Shown here piece by piece: positions 62,065-64,000 of a stretch of DNA of 64,000 nucleotides; within the stretch, counting starts at the first letter, position 1, and the number at the start of each line of letters is the position of its first letter. A program made the translations under genes and the position numbers. The stretch is taken from positions 64,001-128,000 of the IMG/VR virus record IMGVR_UViG_3300044977_000094; one strand, written 5' to 3'. Below the pieces are notes generated by a model. The model was not told the origin of the DNA, did not search any database, and was given only the letters and a program-made list of their open reading frames with translations. The stretch comes from a virus.

Positions 62065-63225
62065 TCAGCGAGACTGCGTAATCGCACGTCCGCCACCGGG
62101 CCTTCCCTGCATGCGGGTCCGCAAGCTCACTACATTGTCGACAGCCTTCGGAGCCGGATCTGAACCCGCATCCGGTGCCAATGACCGCATCAACACCGGA
62201 TGCAAGCCGAGGTCATCTGCAGCCTGCAGCACCGACGGCGGCTCCCCATATCGGCGCACCAGCATCGCCCGCATCAACGCCGGCTGCTCAGCATGCACCG
62301 TTACGGGCTCCTGTGTCCGCCATCCCCGAGCGGCGATCTGCTTGTACAGACTGGTCTTCCTGTCGTCGTCGATCAGCCCAAGATGGCTCGCCCGCATGAT
62401 GAACGCCTGGATCGACACCCCCCAGCGGCCCTTCAGTGCAGCCAGATCCCGCAGCGTGAAAACGCCCTCAAGGGCCTCGCGGGCCCGCTCCTGCGGGAAG
62501 AGGAACGCGCCCGCGAACCGGTGAGCCTCCTTCTCTGCATCCGCCGCCGACAGGCCGCGACGTGCCGTGTGCAGGACCAGGTGCCCCAACTCGTGAGCGA
62601 CGGTGAACCGCTGGCGATCACCACTGCCTGCGGCGAAGTAGCTGATCAGATAGGGGTCGTCCGCCCCACGCCAACAGGAGACGCCAGAGTGGCCGACGAC
62701 GATCTCCTCGCCGTGCCCTTGGGCGTCGACCAGGACGAGCGGTACCACTGGGATCCCGGCACGCTCGCACGTCCGGATCACATGGCGCAGCACACCGTCA
62801 CGGCCAACGGCCAGCGCGTCACGGGTCTGCTCCGCCAGCGTCTCGATCATGTCGCCGTCAATGTCGCCCTCGGCGCGGGGCAGCTGGAGACGCCGCACGC
62901 GAGTCTCCGCCAGCAGCCGGGCGGCCACGCGGTACGCCTCGCGGACGGTCGCCTCGACCCGCTTCACTTCTTTGGCTGACGCGCCGGCCCGCTTGCGGAA
63001 GGCCAGGGTGTCTGTGGGCAAGTCATCCGGATCGACGTCGAAGAAGGCCCGGGGGGTGCTGGTAGCAGCCGCCACCTTGGAGAGGAAGTCCTCCGTGGCC
63101 AGCTTGGTGTGCTTCTCGATGTAGTGGATGAGGGGCTGCGACACGCCTGCGATAGCTGCGAGCTCGTCCTGAGACAGGCCCATCAGCAGTCGCAGGGTGC
63201 GCAGCCGCTCGCCTGCATCAGGCAC
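62065..63225 (-). CDS. XRE HTH + ImmA/IrrE Zn-metallopeptidase
   Basis: LRTLRLLMGLSQDELA N-terminal HTH; RQRFTVAHELGHLVLH...E.EAHRFAGAFL.P. Confidence 0.9.
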   Translation of the reverse strand: MPDAGERLRTLRLLMGLSQDELAAIAGVSQPLIHYIEKHTKLATEDFLSKVAAATSTPRAFFDVDPDDLPTDTLAFRKRAGASAKEVKRVEATVREAYRVAARLLAETRVRRLQLPRAEGDIDGDMIETLAEQTRDALAVGRDGVLRHVIRTCERAGIPVVPLVLVDAQGHGEEIVVGHSGVSCWRGADDPYLISYFAAGSGDRQRFTVAHELGHLVLHTARRGLSAADAEKEAHRFAGAFLFPQERAREALEGVFTLRDLAALKGRWGVSIQAFIMRASHLGLIDDDRKTSLYKQIAARGWRTQEPVTVHAEQPALMRAMLVRRYGEPPSVLQAADDLGLHPVLMRSLAPDAGSDPAPKAVDNVVSLRTRMQGRPGGGRAITQSR

Positions 63226-63832
63226 CGGTGTCGCCCTCTTCGCGGCGCTCGTCGCTGTCGAGCTCGAAGGGGAGCACGAAGTCCTCGTCGTTCGGAATGA
63301 ACTCGATCTTGGTGAGATCTTCGGCGCTGCGGGGGAGGGTGAAGTCGATGTCCGTCTTGGCGTTGCGTCCCAGGCTCCATGCGCCGACCGGGCGCACGAT
63401 CCGAATGCTGAGTTCGCCGGTCTTCGTGTCGTTGGTCCACACGGCGAGGAGCCTGCTGGACTCGACTCCGAATAGGTCGAGGGTGGGGTTGCGGTAGTAG
63501 CTGACGCGGGCCTGGTTTCGGCCGGGCGGCGGCGTGTCTGCGAACGGAGCCCCGTGCAGGACGCGGATGAGCATGAGGCCGTTGGCGAGCAGGATGCGTC
63601 CGCTGACGGTCTTGCGCAGTTCCCAGCCGCCGAGGTCCTCGCTGGACAGAAGTCGACGGGCATGGTCCCGGGTGAGGTCGGTGCGGCCCTTGGTGTAGCC
63701 GTGGCCGTTCATCTTGTGCTTGTCGTAGTGCTCGTGAGCGACGAGGCGTCCCTTGTCCAGGGCGTCGTGGAGGGGGACGGCGAGGTCGGTGGTGGCCTCG
63801 GTGATGTACTGCGCATCAGCAGGTGTGAGCAT
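63218..63832 (-). CDS. Hypothetical protein overlapping the ImmA/IrrE gene (possible toxin partner)
   Basis: 8-bp overlap with the peptidase gene; AT-rich promoter-like sequence just upstream. Confidence 0.65.
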   Translation of the reverse strand: MLTPADAQYITEATTDLAVPLHDALDKGRLVAHEHYDKHKMNGHGYTKGRTDLTRDHARRLLSSEDLGGWELRKTVSGRILLANGLMLIRVLHGAPFADTPPPGRNQARVSYYRNPTLDLFGVESSRLLAVWTNDTKTGELSIRIVRPVGAWSLGRNAKTDIDFTLPRSAEDLTKIEFIPNDEDFVLPFELDSDERREEGDTGA

Positions 63833-64000
63833 AGCGGTTATTTTATAACCCCGAATTACACACTCGCAAGGACCCGGGCGTGGCGTGTCCTGGTCCACCT
63901 TCCTGGAAGAATGATCTCTATGCCTCCGCCTCGCCCGACCCCGGACCCGCAGCGTGCGATCGAGCGCGCCAACGCGCGGATCCGGGCGTACCTGCGCGGC

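Noticed and set aside
1-64000. Retron, DGR or group II intron
   Set aside because: No reverse transcriptase motifs found in any ORF and no TR/VR pair noticed

Overview
High-GC actinobacterial (Streptomycetaceae-like) temperate phage/prophage early region, mosaic with a Streptomyces-type conjugation module. From right to left: (1) accessory cargo at 58.5-64 kb (XRE regulators, GNAT, XRE-ImmA/IrrE peptidase plus partner). (2) A large serine integrase (56607-58076) and a CI/Cro-like switch with three 15-bp operators (55.2-56.2 kb). (3) A long leftward early operon (55.5-32.7 kb): PD-(D/E)XK exonuclease, Gp3-like RDF, HU, WhiB, RusA, ParB-like protein, an iteron-containing replication initiator and a C5 methyltransferase. 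(4) An oppositely oriented second module (20-32 kb) with its own repressor/xis pair, iteron-containing initiator, DnaB and an RNase AS-like exonuclease. (5) thyX, a KorSA-like GntR and a TraB(FtsK)/TraA/SpdA-like transfer cluster (9-20 kb). (6) A Ro60/Rsr (TROVE) gene preceded by three tandem Y RNAs, a probable late-control switch, a Tad2-like DUF2829 gene and a fibre-like polysaccharide deacetylase that runs off the left edge. The most striking element is the Y RNA array. One Ro-binding scaffold is repeated three times with different payloads: a complete circularly permuted tRNA cloverleaf with a canonical GCU anticodon loop, no payload, and an anticodon-less tRNA elbow. The array ends in a terminator hairpin that also hides the rsr ribosome-binding site. 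All calls come from reading motifs by eye; no searches were run.
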